Virus record (IMG/VR): IMGVR_UViG_3300017773_000002 | Location: 24,454 to 88,453 of that record | Origin: a virus | Strand: one strand, 5' to 3' | DNA: 64,000 bases | Shown here: positions 54,403 through 63,959 of the stretch, piece by piece | How positions within the stretch are numbered: the first letter of the stretch is position 1 | Layout: every line of letters begins with the position of its first letter | Notes under the pieces: model-generated | Databases searched by the model: none | What the model saw: the letters and a program-made list of their open reading frames with translations, nothing else | What the model was told of the DNA's origin: nothing | Made by a program: the position numbers and the translations under genes

Positions 54403-55598
54403 GCCGCTATCGCTGTTATTTTTTTCTTAGGATATCGCTTTCTTAGTAAATGCTTTTTTTCCCAAGCTTTTATCTTGCCTTCAATTTCTTGAATTTGCTT
54501 TTCCCAAGTTTCGGGATCAGCGCTTACATAATCTTCATCATCCCCTTCAATTTGAGGAAGATAACGAAGATCAATACGTCTAAGTCCACCATCTTTAATA
54601 AAAGATAGAAGGTCTAGAGCCTTATCTACTTCTTGAATCATAATTTGTGAATCTTTAACTTCTCTAACTTTGATTATTTCTTTAGTTAATAATCCATCCC
54701 AGTGAAAGTAAGAAATAATTGGTTTAACCTTATCAATTACTTTGGAGAGGTTTAAAACTCTGCGTATCCATCTTGGATCTCTATCTGAATCCTTTCCACT
54801 TTTACTTTCCATCATCACAGGGGTTAAAACATTTACGTCACTTTCTAATCCATGATCTTCCAAATGTTTATCAGCGTCTGTATATACGCGAGGAATTCCT
54901 TTATATTTTCCACTTTCTCTTTGAATTGTCCGTAACATTGGCAAGAATTTGCTACTCTTTCTTGAAATACCTCTATGAACTAAGACTGTTTTTATCTCCT
55001 CTTCATTAGTAACGTCTACTAAACCTTGTCTACAACAATGAAGAATATTACTGATTATATCGTCTTCGGTTCGAACTTCTTTGTCAACTTTGTTTTTGTC
55101 TTCTTTATTCTCAATGTCTTGCCACGTGTATAACCAATATTCAGCGTTGAAGTTTTCGCAATCGTTAAACTCCACTATGATAACGAACATATATGCACAC
55201 CCAACATTATAATGTGCTTCAAAACGATGATGACCAGAAACTAGTCTGTATTTGCCATTACGTAATTTGACAACCACTGGAGGAACATCATCTCCATGTT
55301 TAAATTCACCACGTTTTATAATGTCTTCGAATTTTCTTACCTTATCGGGATTGTAACCCTTAGATCTACTAACATTTTGATGAATGGCTGTGGGATGGTC
55401 GCCAGGAACATATTTCCCATCTTTAGTTTTTAAAACGATATCTTTTATAAGGATAAATGTTCCATCGCGATTATCCTTTGAAATAGTCATTCCTTGTGAT
55501 TCGGGAACTATGCTCGCTTTGTACTTTCCTTTTCCATTACCTTTGGAGGGAAATTTATCTTTCGATTTAGGACTTGAATTTATCAGCGAAACTTTCAT
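54399..55598 (-). CDS. ParB/Srx N-terminal domain protein
   Basis: PPVVV...YRLVSGHHRFEAH; ends IAA. Confidence 0.7.
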   Translation of the reverse strand: MKVSLINSSPKSKDKFPSKGNGKGKYKASIVPESQGMTISKDNRDGTFILIKDIVLKTKDGKYVPGDHPTAIHQNVSRSKGYNPDKVRKFEDIIKRGEFKHGDDVPPVVVKLRNGKYRLVSGHHRFEAHYNVGCAYMFVIIVEFNDCENFNAEYWLYTWQDIENKEDKNKVDKEVRTEDDIISNILHCCRQGLVDVTNEEEIKTVLVHRGISRKSSKFLPMLRTIQRESGKYKGIPRVYTDADKHLEDHGLESDVNVLTPVMMESKSGKDSDRDPRWIRRVLNLSKVIDKVKPIISYFHWDGLLTKEIIKVREVKDSQIMIQEVDKALDLLSFIKDGGLRRIDLRYLPQIEGDDEDYVSADPETWEKQIQEIEGKIKAWEKKHLLRKRYPKKKITAIAA

Positions 55599-55607
55599 AA
55601 TTTTTAT

Positions 55608-55660
55608 CTCTCTTTATCAATTTATGTAACCATTATAATATACAGTGCAACTTTTGTCAA
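55608..55660 (-). promoter_or_regulatory. Early promoter cassette (family A)
   Basis: TTGACA-17-TATAAT-GGTTACATAAATTGATAAAGAGAG. Confidence 0.85.
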
Positions 55661-55677
55661 GCGTTTTTAAAAATTTT

Positions 55678-55950
55678 TTATGCCGCAACCTTCGCAGAGA
55701 ACCGTGGGTATAATCTGAATGGAGCTTGTTCATTAAGAGTCTCCATATAGATAGTAGGTTCTGCTAGACCGCGTTCGTCTAAAGCATCAAAGTATAATTG
55801 TGAATCACAGTCGCACTCTAACCACACATACTTATTATTGAAGAACGAGTACTCAGAGATCTTGTTCATGAACCCTAGGTTCTCTACAGTGCGTACATCA
55901 ATCTTTAGGTACGAATGGCTTGGATCAGATATATAAGTAATTGGTTTCAT
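55678..55950 (-). CDS. Early hypothetical protein
   Basis: DPSH..L...IS.YS....LE.DCD; ends VAA. Confidence 0.65.
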   Translation of the reverse strand: MKPITYISDPSHSYLKIDVRTVENLGFMNKISEYSFFNNKYVWLECDCDSQLYFDALDERGLAEPTIYMETLNEQAPFRLYPRFSAKVAA

Positions 55951-56222
55951 TATGCGGCCTCTCTAACTTTAAGTTTACTGGAAGTTGTATCAATAATAAG
56001 ATCACGAACACGTTCACGGTCAAGTGAATCACCCTGACCCCAAGTTTCATGGCGAGTGGTACTAGAACATATCTCTAGATACTCCATTATAGCACGTTCT
56101 ACGGCATCGACAGACAGACCCTCTATAGGGTATAGACCATCATAGGCATAGAATGATAGAACATAGTTTCTGAAGTGAACTAGTTCGGGATTAGATCGCA
56201 TTGCGATATAGTTAGTTTTCAT
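55950..56222 (-). CDS. Early conserved hypothetical protein
   Basis: YVLSFY..DGLY...GDS.DRERVRD; ends EAA. Confidence 0.7.
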   Translation of the reverse strand: MKTNYIAMRSNPELVHFRNYVLSFYAYDGLYPIEGLSVDAVERAIMEYLEICSSTTRHETWGQGDSLDRERVRDLIIDTTSSKLKVREAA

Positions 56223-56228
56223 ATTTCT

Positions 56229-56285
56229 CTCTCTCTTTATCAATTTATGTAACCATTATACAACAGCCAACAAGGTTTGTCAAGC
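56229..56285 (-). promoter_or_regulatory. Early promoter cassette (family A)
   Basis: 57-bp exact inverted copy of 24337-24393. Confidence 0.9.
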
Positions 56286-57068
56286 AAAAAATATTAAATT
56301 GTCAGGTTTCCAATTATTGTAGAGAGAGAAAAAATCTTCCTTTGTTTTAACTTCTCCTCTATCCCATGCATACAACCATTGTTCTGCTAATTCGGTAGGG
56401 ACCCATCCCCTTTCTTTATGTGGATGATTCTCAAAAAACAAACAGATAGCATGGATACATGCCTTATGAAATGCATCCTTTTCGTGAGGTTTTAATACAA
56501 GACTACTTTTTTTCTTTTTAGGTTTTGCATTCGGGTGAGGATTTCTTCTAATCATGTAATGACTATGGTAAGCACTCTTCCCCTCCGGAATATCAACAAG
56601 AATAGTATCCCCTATATTTGCGGTGTCTCGTGCAGTTATTGGGTTGGTTATTTCATGCATCTCTTGAATATCACCAGAGGCGACACGTTGATCATAATCT
56701 TGCAGTTTGACCATTATAATCATATCTCGCTTAGTGATATACTTATCTTTCTTCCAGAGACGAGACAAATATTCCAACAAATCATCTTGATTTTCTTTGG
56801 GAGTTCCCCAATAAATATGTTGTGGATTTACACACCTACCATCATTACAAGCATGACAGGCATGATAGTCGTTTCCCGTGGGCAGATTAGTATTAGTAAA
56901 CTCCGCTAGTGCATTTCTATATTCGGGACTTGCGGCACGAGGTTTATCACCGACTTTTTTAGTATACAATTTATCACTAATAACACAAGGCGTGTTTAAA
57001 TCTATATGAGTCATTCTATAGTGACGAGATTTTGTATCCACTAGAAGTTCTGCATCTATCATAGTCAA
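56280..57068 (-). CDS. HNH (His-Cys) endonuclease
   Basis: ACHACNDGRCVNPQHIYWGTPKENQDD. Confidence 0.8.
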   Translation of the reverse strand: MTMIDAELLVDTKSRHYRMTHIDLNTPCVISDKLYTKKVGDKPRAASPEYRNALAEFTNTNLPTGNDYHACHACNDGRCVNPQHIYWGTPKENQDDLLEYLSRLWKKDKYITKRDMIIMVKLQDYDQRVASGDIQEMHEITNPITARDTANIGDTILVDIPEGKSAYHSHYMIRRNPHPNAKPKKKKSSLVLKPHEKDAFHKACIHAICLFFENHPHKERGWVPTELAEQWLYAWDRGEVKTKEDFFSLYNNWKPDNLIFFA

Positions 57069-57490
57069 GCCTTTACACCAAAGAATTTTTTAACGTCATT
57101 CCAATTTCCTACAACTAAAGCCTTTTCGAAATTGTTATCACGACCATATACACTTGCTTGTCCTTTCTCCCACGTATCTTTAGGAGTTATAGTGTACTTA
57201 ACATCTCCAGTCTCTATATCGCATATACGGAAATCATCATACAAACTCCCGAATGAAGGACAATTGTTCCTAAAGAATACATAGTCCTCGTAGATATTAA
57301 TTTTACTAGAGGTAATAAGAGACTTAATTTTTGGTACTAGTCTATAGGTCTTGTTCTTTAAAGATGAATCGTTACAGAACCAGTCAAACCATCCAGCATT
57401 ACACTGAGTAGCTTTATCCGAATTATTGTACATTCCGTTTTCGAAGTTTACTAGAAACTCCTGTATCGATTGTTGGTTATAATAACTCAT
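57065..57490 (-). CDS. Conserved hypothetical protein
   Basis: GWFDWFC..SSL.NK...NNCP..G.LYDDFRICD. Confidence 0.7.
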   Translation of the reverse strand: MSYYNQQSIQEFLVNFENGMYNNSDKATQCNAGWFDWFCNDSSLKNKTYRLVPKIKSLITSSKINIYEDYVFFRNNCPSFGSLYDDFRICDIETGDVKYTITPKDTWEKGQASVYGRDNNFEKALVVGNWNDVKKFFGVKA

Positions 57491-57926
57491 ATCCCTTTTC
57501 CTTTTTCCATTCCTTTCTAAACTCTTTGAACGCCCATTCTCTTGTAGAATGATTTAAACCGTTATGCCCAAAATGTATTGAGGTTTTGTCCATGACACTT
57601 TTCACTACTTTTTCAATTTCCCAAAAGGTATCATAAGTTGAAACACTTGTGTCTTTAATCCATTCATCCATTGCGTGAGGATCGTCAACATTAGGTGCTT
57701 CTTGGTGACAGTCTTCGCATAATAGTCTATAGTTATAAGGTTCATCAGGTCCGCCTAAAGAGTGCGGAATGACATGACACCTTTCGGTGTTCCTAACATA
57801 ACCACACCTCCAACACCGGCGATGATATTCATCCGCATCGCAACCCATACCACATTCGTCTAAGTTACGTATCGCCCATTCTACAATCTGTTTCTTTGTA
57901 GTTTTGTCTTGTCGTCGTTTACTCAT
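57477..57926 (-). CDS. HNH endonuclease
   Basis: CWRC...ERCHVIP.SLGG.D...N..LLCEDCH. Confidence 0.8.
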   Translation of the reverse strand: MSKRRQDKTTKKQIVEWAIRNLDECGMGCDADEYHRRCWRCGYVRNTERCHVIPHSLGGPDEPYNYRLLCEDCHQEAPNVDDPHAMDEWIKDTSVSTYDTFWEIEKVVKSVMDKTSIHFGHNGLNHSTREWAFKEFRKEWKKEKGYELL

Positions 57927-58149
57927 GATTCTTGTAGTCCCTAGTTATTTGGTCATTGTATTCTATCTCAGTTGCGATCTCATCGAACAACTTGTAGAAT
58001 AGAGATACGGTGTTTCTAACTGGGTTTATACGTGCGTACACATCTGCATCAACTAGATTCCAATTGATATCACCCGAAAGTTTCCGGTTCTCAGGCAGTT
58101 CTACAGCTTCTCGGATGTAATCCTCTATTACTCTTTTTAAATCTTCCAT
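57919..58149 (-). CDS. Hypothetical protein
   Basis: EN....G.INWN.VDAD.Y. Confidence 0.6.
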   Translation of the reverse strand: MEDLKRVIEDYIREAVELPENRKLSGDINWNLVDADVYARINPVRNTVSLFYKLFDEIATEIEYNDQITRDYKNHE

Positions 58150-58313
58150 TACGAAATCCTCTCTACATTGTTGGGAGCATAAAGACCTTCGACAGATCTA
58201 GACTCGTTAAAAACTCTAACTCTCTTAGCGGTATTACCAGTAACAACACCAATAACCCACGTGTCAGTACCAGCGCATTTTACCCAAACTTTCTCACCGA
58301 CTTTGTAATTCAT
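58149..58313 (-). CDS. 54-aa SH3/Tudor-like protein (not in ORF track)
   Basis: MNYKVGEKVWVK...W..G.V; first ORF after a cassette. Confidence 0.6.
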   Translation of the reverse strand: MNYKVGEKVWVKCAGTDTWVIGVVTGNTAKRVRVFNESRSVEGLYAPNNVERIS

Positions 58314-58323
58314 TATTCTCAAT

Positions 58324-58377
58324 CTCTCTTCTCATTCTCAATACAAGTATTATACAACACTTTATATCAATTGTCAA
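58324..58377 (-). promoter_or_regulatory. Early promoter cassette (family B variant)
   Basis: TTGACA-17-TATAAT-ACTTGTATTGAGAATGAGAA. Confidence 0.85.
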
Positions 58378-58422
58378 GCGTTTTTTACAAATAAATTAAA
58401 AAATAAATCGTCACTATATCTG

Positions 58423-58430
58423 TATAAATA
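58423..58430 (+). promoter_or_regulatory. T4-type late promoter
   Basis: TATAAATA upstream of gp25. Confidence 0.8.
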
Positions 58431-58451
58431 GTACTAGAGGAATTTAACCCT

Positions 58452-58892
58452 ATGGCAAAAATATTTTCAATACAAGATGGTAACCTATCTAAGAGACCGA
58501 TTACTACATCTATCTCTCGTACATACTCAGATGTAGACTGTTCATTCGAACCCAAACCATCTGGTGATCTGTATAAGAAGACAGATGCAGCTGCGGTGTT
58601 TCAGTCTGTAAAGAATCTATTGATGACTAATCATGGTGAGATTCCATACAGACCTTTGATGGGTGGTAACCTACAGGATCTATTGTTCTCTCTTTCTACA
58701 GAACCCGTGTCTTCGGACATTGAAGATAATATTCGTTATGCTATAAATGCATATGAACCTAGAGCAACAATAAGAACTATTAAGAGTGTATTAAGACCCG
58801 ACTATAATTCGATCGATGTAACAATAACCTTCGCAGTAGTAAGCGTACAAAGAGTTGTTACATTGAATGTTAATATTGCAAGGAATAGATAA
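58452..58892 (+). CDS. 25: Baseplate wedge subunit gp25
   Basis: AV.QSVKNL..TN.GE.P..P..G...LF...I..YEPR. Confidence 0.9.
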   Translation: MAKIFSIQDGNLSKRPITTSISRTYSDVDCSFEPKPSGDLYKKTDAAAVFQSVKNLLMTNHGEIPYRPLMGGNLQDLLFSLSTEPVSSDIEDNIRYAINAYEPRATIRTIKSVLRPDYNSIDVTITFAVVSVQRVVTLNVNIARNR

Positions 58893-60782
58893 ATGGCTAT
58901 ACAGAACTCCGAGTTGGATTTCTTTCAGATTAAATCTCAACTACAGACTTATTTAAAACAACAATCCGAGTTTCAAGATTATGATTTCGGTGCGAGTGGT
59001 CTGTCTAACTTACTAGACGTTTTAGCACACAATACTCATATCAATGGGTTGATTGCTAATATGGCTATCAATGAATCCTTTCTGAGTTCTTCACAGTTGC
59101 GTTCTTCTGCGGTATCCCATGCAGAGACACTGGGTTATTCTCCTAGATCTAAGACTGCGGCTACAGGTGCGGTGTCTATATCCCTTACAAGTACGACCGG
59201 GCCGTCAACTCTAACTATTCCTAAAAACACAGAGTTCACTGGAACTGTAGATGAGAATGTATATTCGTTCTTTTCTACCGAAGAATTTTCTGCAACTAAA
59301 GATGTTAATAATACCTACGAGTTTAAGACAATAGGAGGTTCTACCGAGTTGCAACTTAAAGAGGGTCGCGCCAAGACTAAGTCATTCATTGTGGGTAGTG
59401 TTAATGATGATTCTGTGTATGTAATACCAGATACCTCTATAGATACTTCGACTATGGAAGTTCGCGTATATGATAACTATCTGTCAGGTACCTTCCAAGA
59501 GTACAGCGAAATAAATACCGTATCTTCTATTACGGATAACTCTAGAGTGTACATCATTCGCGAATCGTCTAATGGTTACTATGAATTATTCTTTAGTGAT
59601 GGAAATGTTTTGGGTACTGGACCCGATGCAGATAATAGAATAGAAGTTACTTATATCTCCACTTCAGGTGATGAAGCAAATGGTGTGCAGAGTTTCTCTA
59701 CCGCATATAGTATGCCCGACGATATTGTTTTGAATCCGGTAACAGTTTCACCATCAGCTGGTGGAGACGAAAAAGAATCTATGGAATCAATCAAATTAAA
59801 TGCTCCTAGGACCTACAGTGCACAGAATAGACTTGTTACTGCGAATGATTATACTGCATTGATCTCACGTAACTATAGTGGGTACGTAAAGGATGTAACT
59901 ACTTGGGGTGGTAATGATAATGTTCCTCCCGAATACGGAAAGGTATTTGTCGCATTGAACTTTTTAACTGGAGTATCTGAAGCTACAAAAACTGATGTTA
60001 AGAATCAAATTCATAGTCAGTTAACTTCCAATCTTTCGATTATGTCTATTAACACAGAGTTTGTTGAACCTAAGGAAACTTTCTTAGAATTACAAACAGT
60101 ATTTAACATTGACCCAGTAAAAACATCTTTGCCTGCGGAATCTTTACAAAATACTATTGATGATTTCATAGAACAATACTTTGAGGATAACTTGACTTCT
60201 TTTGATAAAGTATTCCGTAGAAGTAATTTATTAACTCAAATAGATCAGTTGTCTACCGCAATCATTAACTCTAAGATGTCTGTGCGTATACAACAAAGAA
60301 TTGATGTGGATTCTATCATCTCAGAAATAGAAACTGCAAAGAACGAATTCAATGCTGTGTCTGGCGTTACTCAGTTACCAATATTGACCTATGTGGAACA
60401 GGATCATACTATCAGTTTCCCAGTGATGTTGGCTACTCCAGATAAGGATGACCACATAGTTACATCATCTGTATTTAAGTCTGATGGAATAGATGTTATT
60501 ATAAAGAATGAACTGGGCAGCACCAAATTACAACTACTAGATCTAAATGGTATTGTTAAGTCTCCTAATGTAGGTTACTATGAACCCAATACAGCCACAG
60601 TTAAGTTAAGTTCTTTGCGAGTTGATAAGTCGGGTTATGTGGGAACAGGAATAAAAATATCTGCAACTCCAGCGAATCAAAGTACTATCAGTCCATTAAG
60701 AAATTATATAATTACTTTAGATGAGGATTTCTCTTCCACCATAGGTTATATTGATATTGGGTCCTCTAGGATTAGTTTATAA
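58893..60782 (+). CDS. 6: Baseplate wedge subunit gp6
   Basis: LDF..IK..L..YL, DYDF..S.L..LLDVLA.N, QNRLVT..DY, WGG....P.YGKV. Confidence 0.92.
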   Translation: MAIQNSELDFFQIKSQLQTYLKQQSEFQDYDFGASGLSNLLDVLAHNTHINGLIANMAINESFLSSSQLRSSAVSHAETLGYSPRSKTAATGAVSISLTSTTGPSTLTIPKNTEFTGTVDENVYSFFSTEEFSATKDVNNTYEFKTIGGSTELQLKEGRAKTKSFIVGSVNDDSVYVIPDTSIDTSTMEVRVYDNYLSGTFQEYSEINTVSSITDNSRVYIIRESSNGYYELFFSDGNVLGTGPDADNRIEVTYISTSGDEANGVQSFSTAYSMPDDIVLNPVTVSPSAGGDEKESMESIKLNAPRTYSAQNRLVTANDYTALISRNYSGYVKDVTTWGGNDNVPPEYGKVFVALNFLTGVSEATKTDVKNQIHSQLTSNLSIMSINTEFVEPKETFLELQTVFNIDPVKTSLPAESLQNTIDDFIEQYFEDNLTSFDKVFRRSNLLTQIDQLSTAIINSKMSVRIQQRIDVDSIISEIETAKNEFNAVSGVTQLPILTYVEQDHTISFPVMLATPDKDDHIVTSSVFKSDGIDVIIKNELGSTKLQLLDLNGIVKSPNVGYYEPNTATVKLSSLRVDKSGYVGTGIKISATPANQSTISPLRNYIITLDEDFSSTIGYIDIGSSRISL

Positions 60783-61789
60783 TGTTGAACTTGATTAACA
60801 GTCAGTATAGGTCTGAACCTAACTTCCATAGAAGTCAGGTCACTCAGGTATTGCCTGAGTTCTTTCAGACAGAGTATCCCAGACTTATTACTTTCCTAGA
60901 GAAGTACTATGAGTATACCGGAGAAGACGGAAGTGTTTCATATGATGATCAAATCCATAGTTTGTTTGGTATAAGAAACATATCTAATGCTGAATTAAGT
61001 ACTCTCGATTTGTTGATAGGTGAGATAAGTGAAGGATTAGAAACTTCATCTTTCTATCAGAACCCACGATTGATGACAAGACTTCTTTCTAATTTTTACA
61101 GAAATAAAGGAACTCAATTATCAGTAGAACAATTTTTTAAAGCTTTCTTTAATGAGGACGTAGAAGTATCCTATCCAAAGAAAGATATATTTATTTTAAA
61201 TGATAAACCTGGCGGCTCTTTGATAGGTCCACAATCTTTAAAGTATGTTCAAGACGATAAGAAATATCAAATATTTTCTATTCTTTTAAAAACTGGAATA
61301 GCTTTTAGTGAGTATGAAGACTTTTATAAAAGGATGGTACACCCAGCCGGATGGCATTTATCATCAGAAGTAGAAGTTCAAGAAGTTGCTTCTATGGGTT
61401 TTTCTGCTGGGATAGGAACTGATCCATTAGAGGTTCAAAACTACGCGGTTGTTGTTCAAGGAAGTATGGTCAGGTCATCATTCACTCCTCTATATTCTCT
61501 ATTAACTATGGAAGAAACGGATTCTGTAGATGCTAGAGATAGTGATCAAAGAGCTAACGCTGAAGGAATAGTGATTAGTTCTCTAGAGACATTAGAAAAA
61601 TATAAAGATATAACATTACAACAAATTCAAGATGTATTCTCTACAACAATGGTAGATTCTAATGGTAGTTCTATAACTATTAAAGGAACTATCGGGGATT
61701 GGGCTGGAGTTACTCCAAGGACTTTAGATAATGGAACATTATCACTATCCTCCGAATATCAGACCTTGGATGACGATGACTATTTGTAA
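60782..61789 (+). CDS. Baseplate wedge subunit (gp7-like)
   Basis: LPEF...YP....FL..YY, FY..KGT..S...FF...F, VHPAG. Confidence 0.75.
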   Translation: MLNLINSQYRSEPNFHRSQVTQVLPEFFQTEYPRLITFLEKYYEYTGEDGSVSYDDQIHSLFGIRNISNAELSTLDLLIGEISEGLETSSFYQNPRLMTRLLSNFYRNKGTQLSVEQFFKAFFNEDVEVSYPKKDIFILNDKPGGSLIGPQSLKYVQDDKKYQIFSILLKTGIAFSEYEDFYKRMVHPAGWHLSSEVEVQEVASMGFSAGIGTDPLEVQNYAVVVQGSMVRSSFTPLYSLLTMEETDSVDARDSDQRANAEGIVISSLETLEKYKDITLQQIQDVFSTTMVDSNGSSITIKGTIGDWAGVTPRTLDNGTLSLSSEYQTLDDDDYL

Positions 61790-61792
61790 ATT

Positions 61793-61800
61793 TATAAATA
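61793..61800 (+). promoter_or_regulatory. T4-type late promoter
   Basis: Intergenic TATAAATA. Confidence 0.8.
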
Positions 61801-61824
61801 CAGAGACTACTTACGAGGACTCTA

Positions 61825-62712
61825 ATGTCTAGACAAATTCTTAATACTGGTGGTGCCGCGAATGATGGACAAGGCGATACTCTTCGTAATGCGAGTCAGA
61901 AAATTAATGACAACTTCGCGGAACTATATAACCTTATCACACTTACCGGAGGTGGTGGAAGTGGTGGTGGAGGTCTAACTACCGGAGAACTTCAACAACT
62001 TGTAGAAGACGAAATAACTTCTCAATTGTCGAATATAGATCCTGACGGAGGAAGTGCTAATATACTATTGTATAAAAGTTATGATCAATCCGATCTTCCT
62101 AGTGATCAAGATATTAATGTTTCTACAACATATAACTTTGAAACTGGATCTTTATTTGTAACTAATACGATAAGTACAGATTTTAATGGTTGGAGTTTTG
62201 ATCTTCCCACTACAGGAAGATATGTTTTCTTAATACGAGTTGTAGTCACTTCTAATGATATAACTAAGAACATAGAAGTATCTGATTGGTCAGATCCAGT
62301 ATTGGCTTATGACCGTGGGTTACCTAATCTAGAAGTCGATATATTGGCCACTAACGGGGTAATCTTTCGTAATGATACAGGTCAAACAGAAATAAAAGCA
62401 TTTATAACATCTGACGGTACAGAAATATCGTCGAATGACTATAAGGAATTTGATTATGAATGGACCAATGATGGAGTACCTGTATGTGTCCATGAAACAA
62501 CGCGATATGTCTCTCACATTGACGGTAATATTGTCACAGTAGGGTCTGATGGTACATGTCCCATAGGGTATGGCGTTCCTGCCACCAACTCTGGAGTCAC
62601 GGACAATTTTCCTAACGGAGAATTAAAATCTATATTCATAGAAGCTCAGGCGGTTCCCAATTCAGGTACCCTACCTTTGCAATTAACAATTAACGATAAA
62701 CAAGAGGATTAA
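61825..62712 (+). CDS. gp9/gp10-like N-terminal trimerisation domain; tail-fibre connector
   Basis: Q..N.G..ANDG.GD.LR....KIN.NF.ELY. Confidence 0.75.
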   Translation: MSRQILNTGGAANDGQGDTLRNASQKINDNFAELYNLITLTGGGGSGGGGLTTGELQQLVEDEITSQLSNIDPDGGSANILLYKSYDQSDLPSDQDINVSTTYNFETGSLFVTNTISTDFNGWSFDLPTTGRYVFLIRVVVTSNDITKNIEVSDWSDPVLAYDRGLPNLEVDILATNGVIFRNDTGQTEIKAFITSDGTEISSNDYKEFDYEWTNDGVPVCVHETTRYVSHIDGNIVTVGSDGTCPIGYGVPATNSGVTDNFPNGELKSIFIEAQAVPNSGTLPLQLTINDKQED

Positions 62713-62714
62713 TA

Positions 62715-63932
62715 ATGGCAATTAGAACGGCAACGGCCGCCATAACTTTCACGGACTTAGCCGATGGTCAAAGTTCCGTAACTGCGTTCTTGACAAATGA
62801 GAATCATACCTTTGCAGCTAATGATGTGGGTGTAGTATCAAATGAGACAAGACGCGATTTTTCATGTTCTGTAAAAGTATTTATTGGTGGTACTGAGCAG
62901 ACATTCACAACAAGTGCCTCTCCTTCAGATGGACAATTTAGTATTGGTTCTATTAACACGGTAAGTGGTTGGGAATTCCTTGTATCACAAGCCAACGGAA
63001 CTGACATAGGTAGTGGAGTACTCAAAGGCGCTGGTGTTATATACGCTGATGCTATCGGTACTCCTTCTTCAGCTACTATCCTAATACCAGTTACATATAA
63101 TAACAATGGAACTACGGGATCTTTTGATTTAGCACTTTCAGTCAACCGTATTCAGGATGGTGCTGGTGGTACAATTATCAGTCTTGTACCTTCTAGTCAA
63201 ATCTTCTCTGCGGATGCGGATGGTGTTTTACTAGGAAGTCAGAATAATAGTACTATTCTATTTGATATTGCCGGTAGTCCAGGCGCTCTCACCTATGAGA
63301 CAGCGTTAGACGGTGGAACATGGTCAACACAAACTGCAACTTCAAATGGTGCTGGTGGTATTGGTGGATACGATACAGACTACACTGGTTCATTCTCTAC
63401 AGGATCTTTACCCACCACTGCCGTATCTGGTGCTAGATTAGAGATTAAACCAGAAAATATTGGAGACTCTAATGCGACATTAACAGTTCGTGTAAGTGGT
63501 GAACAGGGTAAGGATGCTGTAACATTTAGTAAAGTTCGTTCTGGTCGTGCCGCAGTATACGTTGAAATAGAAGCAGATAATCCAGTAGTATTCCGAAATA
63601 ACTCAGGTAATCCAGTAACATTGACAGCAAAAGTTTATGATGCAAATGATGGTGCTCAGATCAGTGATGGTGTTGGTGGAGTTTTAGTCAAACATGATTG
63701 GGAATGGATAACTGGAGAACAAGTCTATGTAGGAAATTCAAATCTAGAAGTTCAGACAGATGCTTCAGGAACTCCTCTGGGTTCGGGTGGAAGTCCTGTA
63801 AGACGTTCAGCTAACGGAAGTACTAGTGCAAGTGAAATTAATACTAATCAAGTAATCGTTGGTCCTTCTGATATTCCGGATACTGGCGCGCCAATCAGTA
63901 TTCGTTGTAACGTTACAGTAACTACACCTTAA
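62715..63932 (+). CDS. Beta-rich tail appendage/fibre protein
   Basis: Gly/Ser/Thr-rich; ITFTD N-strand; shares C-terminal module with the upstream protein. Confidence 0.65.
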   Translation: MAIRTATAAITFTDLADGQSSVTAFLTNENHTFAANDVGVVSNETRRDFSCSVKVFIGGTEQTFTTSASPSDGQFSIGSINTVSGWEFLVSQANGTDIGSGVLKGAGVIYADAIGTPSSATILIPVTYNNNGTTGSFDLALSVNRIQDGAGGTIISLVPSSQIFSADADGVLLGSQNNSTILFDIAGSPGALTYETALDGGTWSTQTATSNGAGGIGGYDTDYTGSFSTGSLPTTAVSGARLEIKPENIGDSNATLTVRVSGEQGKDAVTFSKVRSGRAAVYVEIEADNPVVFRNNSGNPVTLTAKVYDANDGAQISDGVGGVLVKHDWEWITGEQVYVGNSNLEVQTDASGTPLGSGGSPVRRSANGSTSASEINTNQVIVGPSDIPDTGAPISIRCNVTVTTP

Positions 63933-63959
63933 TAAGTAAGTTAATTAGTAGGAAGTAAA

